DNA of 64,000 nt. Origin: an uncultured Rickettsiales bacterium (GTDB lineage: Bacteria; Pseudomonadota; Alphaproteobacteria; Rickettsiales; UBA8987). The stretch covers positions 910 to 64,909 of the forward strand of contig CAZPQM010000010.1 in NCBI GenBank assembly GCA_964588995.1, given 5' to 3'. Made by a program: the position numbers and the translations under genes. Below the pieces are notes generated by a model. It worked only from the letters and a program-made list of their open reading frames with translations, was not told where the DNA came from and made no database searches. Of this stretch, positions 56,134 through 64,000 are shown one piece after another (position 1 is the first letter of the stretch; each line of letters starts with the position of its first letter).

Positions 56134-56535
56134 TTAGGAGGATTGGTTCTGTTCGAGTTGTTGCCGGGCGCTGCGAATAACTTGGTACAACTCATCGCGG
56201 TCGAATGGTTTTTTTACCGTCGCGAACACACTGTCCAGCACCTCAGCATTTTCGGCCATCTGATGAAGGTGGGCACTGACAAAGATAATGGGGATATGCT
56301 TGCATCCAGGGTGATTCTGCATGCGTCGCGCCAACTCTAATCCATCCATGACGGGTAATTTACAGTCCAGCAGCGCAATGTCGATCTGATCGCCATGCTC
56401 TTTCAGATAACTCCAAGCCGTGACAGCTTCCGTAAAAGTCACCGGATCATAGGTTTCATCCAATAAAAGCTTTTCGATAATCTCCAGATTGAAGGGGTCA
56501 TCTTCAACACAGAGCAAACGTAACGGATCTCTCAT
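56134..56535 (-). CDS. single-domain response regulator (REC only)
   Basis: LLCVEDDPFN, IALLDCKLPVMDG (phospho-acceptor Asp), VKKPF. The start is MRDPLR at 56535. Confidence 0.85.
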   Translation of the reverse strand: MRDPLRLLCVEDDPFNLEIIEKLLLDETYDPVTFTEAVTAWSYLKEHGDQIDIALLDCKLPVMDGLELARRMQNHPGCKHIPIIFVSAHLHQMAENAEVLDSVFATVKKPFDRDELYQVIRSARQQLEQNQSS

Positions 56536-56596
56536 AACCGCTGAAAATACCAAAAAGAGAGCGAGTTAGCCAGATAATTGCATTCGCCAACGTGTA

Positions 56597-57094
56597 TTAT
56601 TCGTGGGATAGTTGCATAATCGCCTTACATACTCGCCGTGCGGTCGGCTTTGTTACCGGCAGGAATGTATGCCGTAAGCGCCCCTCCTTATCGATCAGGT
56701 ATTTCTGAAAATTCCACCATGGTCCTCCCCACATGCCAAACGCTCCCCGCGCATCAGCAAAAAACGGATGCGCATCTTTGCCTTTAACCGCGACCTCATC
56801 CGTCACCGGAAAATTGATCTGAAACCGCTTTTGGCAGATCTTTTGGTTGTCCTCACCCTTCTCCGGCTGCTGGCCGACAAAGTCGGACGGTACCGTAATC
56901 ACCTGCAAGCCATCATCCTCAAAATCACTTTGTAATCTTACAAGAGATTTAAACTGCTTAGTAAACAAGCAGCGCGTCGCCGTATTCACCACCATAACGA
57001 CCTTGCCGTGATACGCATCAAGATGATATTCACCGCCTCCTACTTTCGGGAAGCTATGATGCAGAACGGATAGCGGTTTTTTTGCTTTACACAT
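56597..57094 (-). CDS. glutathione peroxidase family protein
   Basis: GKVVMVVNTATRCLFT (peroxidatic Cys), FPVTDEV.V.G...HP, WNFQKYLIDKEG. Confidence 0.85.
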   Translation of the reverse strand: MCKAKKPLSVLHHSFPKVGGGEYHLDAYHGKVVMVVNTATRCLFTKQFKSLVRLQSDFEDDGLQVITVPSDFVGQQPEKGEDNQKICQKRFQINFPVTDEVAVKGKDAHPFFADARGAFGMWGGPWWNFQKYLIDKEGRLRHTFLPVTKPTARRVCKAIMQLSHE

Positions 57095-57138
57095 AAAATT
57101 TAATTCGTACCGGGCTAAATCTATGTTACTAGAAATGT

Positions 57139-58020
57139 ATGGAAAAGCTGATCATCATGTGCGCGCCAAACGGAGCCCGCAAGACCAAAGCGGATCACCC
57201 CGCTATTCCGATCACGCCGGAAGATCTGGCGGCGGAGTCTGCGCGGCTGGTCGAAGCGGGCGTTACCATGCTGCATCTGCATGTGCGCGATGACGAGGAG
57301 GGGCATACGCTCGAGGTTGCGCGCTATCAGGAGGCAATCGCCGCAATCCGCGAGCGTGTTGGCGATAAGCTCATCCTGCAGGCCACTTCGGAAGCGGTCG
57401 GCATCTATCGGCCGGAAGAGCAGATGGCGATGGTCGAAGCCCTGCAACCGGAAGCGGTCAGTCTTGCGCTCCGCGAACTTGCCCCAAGCGAGGCGGAAGA
57501 AGCACGCTTTGGAGCATTTCTGAAATGGCTGATGGCGGAGCAGATTATCCCGCAATATATTCTCTATTCGCCTGAAGAAGTCCGGCGCTTTGCTAAACTG
57601 CGCAAGAACGGGCTGATTCCGGGTAAGAAAGTCTTTGTGCTGTTTGTGCTTGGTAAAAAAACCGGCAACCCGGAAGCGGCGAGTGACCCGTCCCAAAGCT
57701 GGGCGAAGCCGGAGGACCTCGACCCGTTTCTGGAGCAATTCGAGCACGGTCTAAAATTGCAGGAGACGCTCTGGGCCGGCTGCTTCTTCGGCGGCAATGA
57801 GGCCGCCTGTGCGGAATATGCCGCGGATTGCGGCGGTCATATCCGCATCGGGTTTGAGAATAATCATTTGCTGAGCGATGGCACGGTTGCTGCGCATAAT
57901 GACGCGCTGATCCATGATGTGACCGAGCAGCTGGTCGATAACCGGCATCCGCGTATGATCGCCCGCGTGGAGGAGGTGCGTGAGATGCTGAAACCCTGCG
58001 TGCAGATCAAGGCTGCTTAG
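57139..58020 (+). CDS. 3-keto-5-aminohexanoate cleavage enzyme family (BKACE/DUF849)
   Basis: IIMCAPNGARKTKADHPAIPITPEDLA....GVTMLHLHVRD fits the BKACE N-terminal pattern. The overlapping minus ORF 57121-57747 is rejected. Confidence 0.8.
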   Translation: MEKLIIMCAPNGARKTKADHPAIPITPEDLAAESARLVEAGVTMLHLHVRDDEEGHTLEVARYQEAIAAIRERVGDKLILQATSEAVGIYRPEEQMAMVEALQPEAVSLALRELAPSEAEEARFGAFLKWLMAEQIIPQYILYSPEEVRRFAKLRKNGLIPGKKVFVLFVLGKKTGNPEAASDPSQSWAKPEDLDPFLEQFEHGLKLQETLWAGCFFGGNEAACAEYAADCGGHIRIGFENNHLLSDGTVAAHNDALIHDVTEQLVDNRHPRMIARVEEVREMLKPCVQIKAA

Positions 58021-58206
58021 CAGTGTGGACAGCCTGCTCGGGCTATGCTAAAAAGCCGCTACTTATTTAATGCCGTGACGCATCAATGGGCTGAGTGCAA
58101 AAGCGCAGCCGCTTGTGCCGAAGGCGCGGAAAACGGGTGCCGAGGCCGCGGAAAAAATAGGTACCAGCTGCGGGTTAAGATGCTGGAGCAACATATAGAA
58201 GAATGT

Positions 58207-58283
58207 CGGGGTGTAGCGCAGTCTGGTAGCGCACTTGTCTGGGGGACAAGGGGTCGTGGGTTCAAATCCCGCCACTCCGACCA
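58207..58283 (+). tRNA. tRNA-Pro (anticodon GGG)
   Basis: Hand-folded: acceptor cggggtg/cactccg (one G-U), D arm gcgc-agtctggta-gcgc, anticodon arm cttgt-ctGGGgg-acaag, T arm gtggg-ttcaaat-cccgc, discriminator A, encoded CCA. 77 nt. Confidence 0.95.
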
Positions 58284-58311
58284 TATCTTGGCTTAACGTT
58301 CGAATCTTTCT

Positions 58312-58584
58312 TAGACAATGTTAGCTAATTCTGAAGTATTTTGCCATGAGACTGATGTTGTTAAAGAACAAGGAAAATATCGCCGGGAATAGTGGGCTTA
58401 TTTCCAAGAGATTTTTCGCCGTTATTTGGCAACATCAGCCATGGTTCTGCTAATTGCAGCCTAAATCGCTGCTCGCAGCGTTAAAGCGCTTGCCAATAGA
58501 ACCACTATTAACTGCACGCTTTGTCTTGCGAATCAACGATTTAGGCTAGCAACAAAATATTTCAGAATTAGCTAACAGTGTCTA
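58312..58584. mobile_element. 273-bp non-coding element with 32-bp terminal inverted repeats (MITE-like) 29 nt downstream of tRNA-Pro
   Basis: tagacaatgttagctaattctgaagtattttg (58312-58343) and caaaatatttcagaattagctaacagtgtcta (58553-58584) match as inverted repeats at 30/32 positions. The interior has nested inverted repeats (ccatgagactgatgttg/caacatcagccatgg; gcctaaatcg/cgatttaggc) and no ORF. Confidence 0.6.
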
Positions 58585-58636
58585 GAGCTTGGGCTTTCCG
58601 ATGGGCTTTCCGATTATTGCCAATAACTCATATTGA

Positions 58637-59137
58637 TTAAAGATTGAAAGCAATAAGCCCTAATGTCAGGACAGCAAACAGAATCAGGGTGATTTGAAAC
58701 CCGCGCCCTAATCGCCCTTTCAAATCCTGCCTGAGCGCTTCATAAAGGTCGGGGAAGGTATGCGCCACAAAATCACCCTGACTCATCATATTCACCAGCT
58801 TTCCCTCCGCATCCACAACAGGAAGATGCCTAAAACGCTCACTGGACATGGTGTGCATCCAATCAACTAAATTATCATCTTCATTTGCAGAACGAATGTC
58901 CGTGCTCATAATCTCCGAAAGTTTGGCTTTATCCGGATTTAATTTTTTCCCCAGCACACGGATCATCATGTCGCGCTCCGTTACAATGCCCGCAATCGTC
59001 TGGTCAGGATGAACCACAATAATTGAGCCAATATTCTTCTCACACATCACATCCAAAGCGCTTCGGACACTGTCATCGGGTAGGAACGTGACGGGCTTGG
59101 GCTTGGTTTTGAAGTCTGGTTTATCTTTTATTTTCAT
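58637..59137 (-). CDS. CBS-pair domain protein with a C-terminal TM anchor
   Basis: Two CBS motifs (IGSIIVV..D..IAGIVTERD; RHLPVVDAEGKLVNMMSQGD) and a terminal hydrophobic helix ITLILFAVLTLGLIAF. Confidence 0.8.
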   Translation of the reverse strand: MKIKDKPDFKTKPKPVTFLPDDSVRSALDVMCEKNIGSIIVVHPDQTIAGIVTERDMMIRVLGKKLNPDKAKLSEIMSTDIRSANEDDNLVDWMHTMSSERFRHLPVVDAEGKLVNMMSQGDFVAHTFPDLYEALRQDLKGRLGRGFQITLILFAVLTLGLIAFNL

Positions 59138-59231
59138 GATAGGACCACTACTAAAATTATTGAAATTTCACTGTTAAATCTTATATTTTCAGTATATACT
59201 GAAAATTCAGAAAATAAAGTGAGAAATAAGC

Positions 59232-59813
59232 ATGAAGCTGTCACCCCTTGTGCAAACCTTTGTTCTTCACTTCGGTGAAATGGGGTCTCGTTGGGGTATT
59301 AATCGCACAGTGGGGCAAATTTATGCACTCATTTATTTATCGGATAAGCCCTTAAATGCGGACCAGCTGGTCGAGGCGCTGGGCTTTTCGCGCTCCAACG
59401 TTGCCATGGGCATCAAAGAACTCGTCTCCATGAATCTTGTGATGTTACGTCACATACCCAGCGATAGAAAAGATTATTACACCACGCATGAAGATATATG
59501 GGAGATTGTAAGAAATCTCGTGGAAGAACGTAAGAAAAGAGAGATCGACCCGACGCTTTCGATGCTACGTTCGGTGATGATGGAAACGCCCAGCTCAGAG
59601 GAAGAGAAGCACGCGCAGGATAAAATGCGTGAGATGCATGATCTGATTGAGATGCTGACCAAATGGTATGATGACATGCAACAATTGGAGACGGAAAGAC
59701 TGGTCAATCTGATGAAGATGGGAGCTAAAGTGTACCATCTCTATCAAATGAAGGATAAACTTACCGTCATACCGGGAGGAAAAAACACAGATAAAAGAGG
59801 TAAAACAGAATGA
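59232..59813 (+). CDS. GbsR/MarR-family transcriptional regulator
   Basis: FVLHFGEMGSRWGINRTVGQIYALIYLSDKPLNADQLVEALGFSRSNVAMGIKEL is a winged-helix pattern of GbsR-type regulators. The gene overlaps cydA by 4 nt. Confidence 0.7.
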   Translation: MKLSPLVQTFVLHFGEMGSRWGINRTVGQIYALIYLSDKPLNADQLVEALGFSRSNVAMGIKELVSMNLVMLRHIPSDRKDYYTTHEDIWEIVRNLVEERKKREIDPTLSMLRSVMMETPSSEEEKHAQDKMREMHDLIEMLTKWYDDMQQLETERLVNLMKMGAKVYHLYQMKDKLTVIPGGKNTDKRGKTE

Positions 59814-61201
59814 TGGAACTTGATCCCTTTATGTTATCGCGAATTCAATTCGCAGCAAACATTACATTTCATATTATGTTCCCGTCCATCACCATCGCAT
59901 TGGGATGGATATTGTTGTTTTTCAAACTTCGGTTCAATGCAACGCAAGATGAAGCATGGATGAAAGCATACTTCTTCTTTACCAAGGTCTTTGCCTTAAG
60001 CTTTGCCATTGGCGTGGTCAGTGGCGTTACCATGTCCTTCCAATTCGGCACCAACTGGCCGGGCTTTATGGAGCGAGTTGGCAATGTCGCAGGTCCACTC
60101 CTGGCCTATGAAGTATTAACCGCCTTTTTCCTGGAGGCAACCTTCCTTGGGGTTATGCTATTTGGATTCCGCAAGGTGCCCGGATGGCTTCATACCACGG
60201 CCACTGTGCTGGTTGCAGTGGGTACTACCTTATCAGCCTTCTGGATTCTGGTGCTCAATAGCTGGATGCATACGCCAGCCGGCTTTGAGATGATTGCCAA
60301 TGAGGCAGGCGTGATGCAGGCACATGTGACAAGCTGGTGGGAGGTTATCTTCAACCCATCCATGCCGTATCGCTTAGTACACATGTTAATAGCCTCCGGT
60401 TTGACTGCCTCTTTCCTTATTGCGGGGCTATCTGCCTACAGGCTGCTCAGAGGAGATACATCAGCACCAGTAACGAAAGCACTTAAAACCGCCATTTTTC
60501 TGGCTGCCATCCTGATGCCGCTGCAAATATTGGCTGGGCATGAACATGGCCTGAACACCAAAGAATATCAGCCTGCCAAACTGGCAGCGATGGAAGGCGC
60601 CTGGGAAACCAAACAAGGCGCTCCGCTGGTGATATTTGGCTTGCCGAATGAAGAAGAGCGGAGAAACGACTTCTCCATTGAAATCCCTTATCTCGCTAGC
60701 ATTATTGTCACCCATACGATGGACGGTGAGATTAAGGGACTGAATGATTTCGAAGTCCATCCACCCGTTGCTCCCGTATTCTATGGCTTTCGCATCATGG
60801 TGGGCATTGGTATGCTGATGTTAGCCGTCTCATGGGTAGGATCATTTCTGCTGCTCAAGGGGAAAGAGCTGCCCAAATACTACCTCTACACACTTGTTGG
60901 TATGACCTTATCGGGATGTGTTGCCACCATCGCAGGCTGGTATGTGACCGAGATTGGCCGTCAGCCTTGGCTGGTACAGGGCGTGCTCTCAACGAAAGAT
61001 GCCCTTGGGCCTGTCACCGGTGGGATGGTGCTTTCTACTCTACTTGTGTATCTGGCTATCTATGCCTTTCTGACAGTTGCTTATATCTACAGTTTATTCT
61101 TTCTAGCCAGAAAAGCAGGTGCTGGAGATAAGCGCGACCCACAACGCTCAACCCCCCTGCTTGGAGAACGGCATTCATCTGCCGCTGTTACAACGGAATA
61201 A
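59810..61201 (+). CDS. cydA: cytochrome bd-type ubiquinol oxidase subunit I
   Basis: LSRIQFAANITFHIMFPSITIAL, the GFRKVP region, AAMEGAWETK (Q-loop) and GWYVTEIGRQPW. Confidence 0.95.
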   Translation: MMELDPFMLSRIQFAANITFHIMFPSITIALGWILLFFKLRFNATQDEAWMKAYFFFTKVFALSFAIGVVSGVTMSFQFGTNWPGFMERVGNVAGPLLAYEVLTAFFLEATFLGVMLFGFRKVPGWLHTTATVLVAVGTTLSAFWILVLNSWMHTPAGFEMIANEAGVMQAHVTSWWEVIFNPSMPYRLVHMLIASGLTASFLIAGLSAYRLLRGDTSAPVTKALKTAIFLAAILMPLQILAGHEHGLNTKEYQPAKLAAMEGAWETKQGAPLVIFGLPNEEERRNDFSIEIPYLASIIVTHTMDGEIKGLNDFEVHPPVAPVFYGFRIMVGIGMLMLAVSWVGSFLLLKGKELPKYYLYTLVGMTLSGCVATIAGWYVTEIGRQPWLVQGVLSTKDALGPVTGGMVLSTLLVYLAIYAFLTVAYIYSLFFLARKAGAGDKRDPQRSTPLLGERHSSAAVTTE

Positions 61202-61213
61202 AAAGGGTAAGAG

Positions 61214-62218
61214 ATGGAACATATATTAGCACACTGGCTGCCATATACTTTTGCATTCCTGATGGGGCTTTCCATGCTGATCTATGCCGTGTTGGATGGC
61301 TATGATCTTGGTGTAGGGATGTTGATCGATAGTGCCACTTCGCATGAAAAGGACCGCATGATTGCCTCGATCGGTCCATTCTGGGATGCAAACGAAACAT
61401 GGCTGATTTTAGGCGTTGGCCTGTTGCTGGTCGCGTTTCCGATGGCACATGGCGTGATTCTCACTCACCTTTACTTACCCGTCGCGGTGATGCTGTTTGG
61501 TCTGATCTTTCGTGGTGTGGCGTTTGATTTTCGTGCGAAGGTCCCCTTCCAGCAGAAATGGCGCTGGAACACTAAATTCTTCTATGGCTCATTGCTGACT
61601 TCGCTCGCTCAAGGCTATATGCTGGGTTCCTATATCATTGGTTTTGATACCTCGCTTTCTGGCATCATGTTTTCTTGCCTTATTGCCATCGTGCTGGCTT
61701 CAGCTTACTGCCTTATAGGTGCATGCTGGTTAATTATGAAGTGTGAAGGAACGCTTCAAAAAAAGGCTATAAAATGGGCCAAATATCATTTGCTAAATTC
61801 GGTGATTGGGTTAGCGGTGATCTCTCTTGCAACACCGCTCATCTCGGATCGTATATTTGAAAAATGGTTTAGCTTTCCTGCCATGCTATGGCTCGCGCCG
61901 ATCCCTATGCTAACAGGCGCGCTGATTGTGTGGCTCTATACGCTGCTGCGAAGCATGCCGCTATCCGGTGACCGCCTGAACTGGTTACCTCTGGTGATTA
62001 CTGTCGGAATCTACGTGCTTAGCTTTTGTGGGCTGGCTTATAGTTTTTTCCCTTATATCGTTCCGGAAAAAATGACGATTGTTGAAGCGGCGGCAGCTCC
62101 GGATTCGCTCATGATCATGCTGGTAGGCGCACTCATCGTATTACCCATCTTGTTAAGCTACACGGCACTGTCTTATTACATATTTCGTGGCAAAGCATCC
62201 GACCTCAGCTACGATTAA
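61214..62218 (+). CDS. cydB: cytochrome bd-type ubiquinol oxidase subunit II
   Basis: YAVLDGYDLGVGML, GPFWDANETWLI, FRGVAFDFR. 334 aa. Confidence 0.95.
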   Translation: MEHILAHWLPYTFAFLMGLSMLIYAVLDGYDLGVGMLIDSATSHEKDRMIASIGPFWDANETWLILGVGLLLVAFPMAHGVILTHLYLPVAVMLFGLIFRGVAFDFRAKVPFQQKWRWNTKFFYGSLLTSLAQGYMLGSYIIGFDTSLSGIMFSCLIAIVLASAYCLIGACWLIMKCEGTLQKKAIKWAKYHLLNSVIGLAVISLATPLISDRIFEKWFSFPAMLWLAPIPMLTGALIVWLYTLLRSMPLSGDRLNWLPLVITVGIYVLSFCGLAYSFFPYIVPEKMTIVEAAAAPDSLMIMLVGALIVLPILLSYTALSYYIFRGKASDLSYD

Positions 62219-62261
62219 GTAAGGGGTTGAAGCTTCTGCATGCAAAGACAATAGCAGCAAA

Positions 62262-62375
62262 ATGCATATTGGTGTGGATGCATTCATCCTCATTTGGAAG
62301 CAATCAAAGCATTGGCGCGTGTTAACGGTGCTGGTTGGGCTGCCTGCAATAATCTCTTTGAAAATCCACAGTTGA
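62262..62375 (+). CDS. possible 37-aa small membrane protein after cydB (CydX/DUF2474-like position)
   Basis: My translation is MHIGVDAFILIWKQSKHWRVLTVLVGLPAIISLKIHS. Only its position after cydB and one hydrophobic stretch support it. Confidence 0.2.
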   Translation: MHIGVDAFILIWKQSKHWRVLTVLVGLPAIISLKIHS

Positions 62376-62422
62376 AGTTTGAAGCACATGCATTTGTGTA
62401 GTGAAAAACAGTTTTTGTAGCT

Positions 62423-62451
62423 TTGACCTGGATGACTGTATATTTTACAAT
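62423..62451 (+). promoter_or_regulatory. candidate sigma-70 promoter upstream of the chemoreceptor-like gene
   Basis: TTGACC (62423-62428), a 17-nt spacer, then TACAAT (62446-62451), 30 nt upstream of the GTG at 62481. Confidence 0.35.
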
Positions 62452-62480
62452 TAATATTTGACGAAAAAATTGGGAAATGA

Positions 62481-63458
62481 GTGTCTACCGATCCGGTTAA
62501 AATCATTGATGCTTTGATCAAAGGAGATTACTGCGTAAACGTAGAATCTGAAGATCCGTTAGGCCTGAAACTGAGTGAACTGGCCACAGTGCTTCGTAAA
62601 CGTAGCGAAGAAGACATAAGCCGCGTTGTTTCCTTATCCGTTGAAGCAAACGAAACAGCGATCTTTTCTGCACAAATGCTCTATGAACTAAGGTTGGTAG
62701 ATGAAAAAGCTCAGACTGTCGCTGCAGCGGGCGAAGAGATGACGGCTACGGTGTCAGAAATTGGAAAATATGGAAAGAATATATCTGAGCAGGCGTTGCA
62801 GGCGCAGGAGGCGACTATATCGGGTGAACAGGCTTCTGTAGATGCCAAAAATCAGATGATGGAAATTACGAAAGCCGTGCAAGAGACAGCAGAGCGCTTT
62901 GCTACACTGGATGGTTTGTCTAAAACGATTTCCTCGATATTGGAGACTATCAAAAAAATTGCTGCACAAACCAACCTCCTGGCACTTAATGCTACGATTG
63001 AGGCGGCCAGAGCAGGTGAAGCAGGAAAAGGCTTTGCCGTAGTAGCAGCTGAAGTAAAGAATTTATCCAATCAAACGGCAGAAGCGACTGAGCAAATAGC
63101 GGATATTATTGAGCAGCTTCAAGGCGAGATATCGGTTATTCTTGAGTCTATGAATAAAAGCTCTGAAGCAGAGGGAAGCGGCGAAGTGTCCATAGAGAAT
63201 CTTGCCAGTAAAATTCAGGCCATTCGTGAAAGAATTGATCAGGTGTCAACGAATACACAACACATTTCTCACACCCTATCTGAGCAAGCAGTTGCGTCTA
63301 ACGAAGTTGCGGAAGGAATTAGTAGCATATCTACGAAACATTGGCAACGTGCAGTTTGCCGGAGCAATGGAGGAGCAAGCCGACACGCTCAATGTCTCAC
63401 TCTCCAATATGGGGGATGCCTTTTCCAAGCTGGTGAAAGCGATCGGCGATGGCATTAA
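62481..63458 (+). CDS. soluble methyl-accepting-chemotaxis-protein signalling-domain protein; reading frame breaks near 63335
   Basis: [46 protein letters not shown] is the canonical MCP hairpin tip. There is no TM or HAMP region. The last ~40 codons ([14 protein letters not shown]...) look out of frame, while the +1 frame continues with plausible sequence. Confidence 0.65.
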   Translation: MSTDPVKIIDALIKGDYCVNVESEDPLGLKLSELATVLRKRSEEDISRVVSLSVEANETAIFSAQMLYELRLVDEKAQTVAAAGEEMTATVSEIGKYGKNISEQALQAQEATISGEQASVDAKNQMMEITKAVQETAERFATLDGLSKTISSILETIKKIAAQTNLLALNATIEAARAGEAGKGFAVVAAEVKNLSNQTAEATEQIADIIEQLQGEISVILESMNKSSEAEGSGEVSIENLASKIQAIRERIDQVSTNTQHISHTLSEQAVASNEVAEGISSISTKHWQRAVCRSNGGASRHAQCLTLQYGGCLFQAGESDRRWH

Positions 63459-64000
63459 GTGGCTGGCAGAGAAAATCACCGCTGCCATTCCACTCTTCAA
63501 GCTGGGCTTTAAGGCCTTCATCGCGGAGGTGATCAAGTTCGGCAATCTCTTCATTGCCGTATTCAAAGGTGTTGGCTTGCATTTCAGGCATTTGGCGAAA
63601 CGATTTCCTCCCGGTTTGAGGCGCTGGGTAAAGACCTTGCCGCATTCATTAAAGACCCGCTGGGCGGTGTCTCGTTTGAAAACACCCGCGCTGCTCTGGA
63701 AACCGGCCTGCTTGATGCGATGAGCAATGCGTTTGATAAAGCGTTGGCGGAAGCACGAGAGTTCAATGCAGCCGTCGATGCTGAGATTCAGGGCGCGGCA
63801 CTGAAAATCTACGAGGCGCGGCAAAAGAAGAACGCCTCACTCGCTGGTCTGTTTGAGGAAACCGAAACACCTGAAAAAACGGATGAAACCAGCAAGGCTA
63901 CGGAGAAATTCACCAAACTACAGCAGGAAGCCGAGCGCATCATCGAATCCACACGCACCCCGCTGGAGCGCTACAATAAAGAGATGGAATTGCTTAATAA
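63335..64000 (+). pseudogene. tape-measure-like coding sequence read in two frames, running off the window end
   Basis: Frame of 63202: [80 protein letters not shown]. After ~63585 a different frame reads AFGETISSRFEALGKDLAAFIKDPLGG...KFTKLQQEAERIIESTRTPLERYNKEMELLN. Both resemble the N-terminal parts of phage tail tape-measure proteins; the assignment is from memory only. Confidence 0.4.

Noticed and set aside
57121-57747. 208-aa minus-strand ORF overlapping the BKACE gene
   Set aside because: It is arginine- and leucine-rich with no motifs, whereas the plus frame matches the BKACE/DUF849 pattern from its first residues.

Overview
This 64-kb chromosomal window looks alphaproteobacterial. 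The evidence is a class I LysRS, a short ProRS, a CckA-like hybrid kinase, a membrane-anchored cytochrome c, an MlaD-DUF2155 pair and a chorismate mutase-hisC arrangement. I call about 60 protein genes and two tRNAs (Lys-UUU, Pro-GGG). I found no rRNA, CRISPR array or intact transposase. Most genes are housekeeping, but usual operon partners are often missing: sucB, dctM, a yejF-like ATPase and a wzt-like ATPase all stand alone. The strongest signal read directly from the DNA is a population of short palindromic (hairpin) elements. A 96-bp family with CGTCAT...ATGAC(G) termini sits in-frame inside ampG and a GT2 glycosyltransferase. A long copy with the same arms carries a stand-alone GIY-YIG nuclease ORF exactly where the ORF-less copy has its loop (3545-3903). 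Other hairpin families lie in-frame inside kdsB and class I lysS, and clusters fill three intergenic regions. This resembles in-frame Rickettsia palindromic elements, but here with a candidate autonomous GIY-YIG partner; it is my best candidate for an undescribed system. Other items worth a second look: a REC / bPH_2 / bPH_2 / hybrid-kinase operon; a tightly overlapping mlaD-DUF2155-wzt-sulfotransferase-galE operon with no permease; a 1638-aa ankyrin / coiled-coil / SPOR protein; a 1192-aa proline-rich RDD protein with SSWSDVE motifs; a small tandem MshEN-like (possible c-di-GMP binding) protein; a decayed yefM-yoeB module; a 273-bp element with 32-bp inverted termini next to tRNA-Pro, followed by AT-richer DNA (cydAB); and a frame-broken chemoreceptor/tape-measure-like region at the right edge. 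All calls come from reading translations and repeats by eye. No database search or statistics were run.
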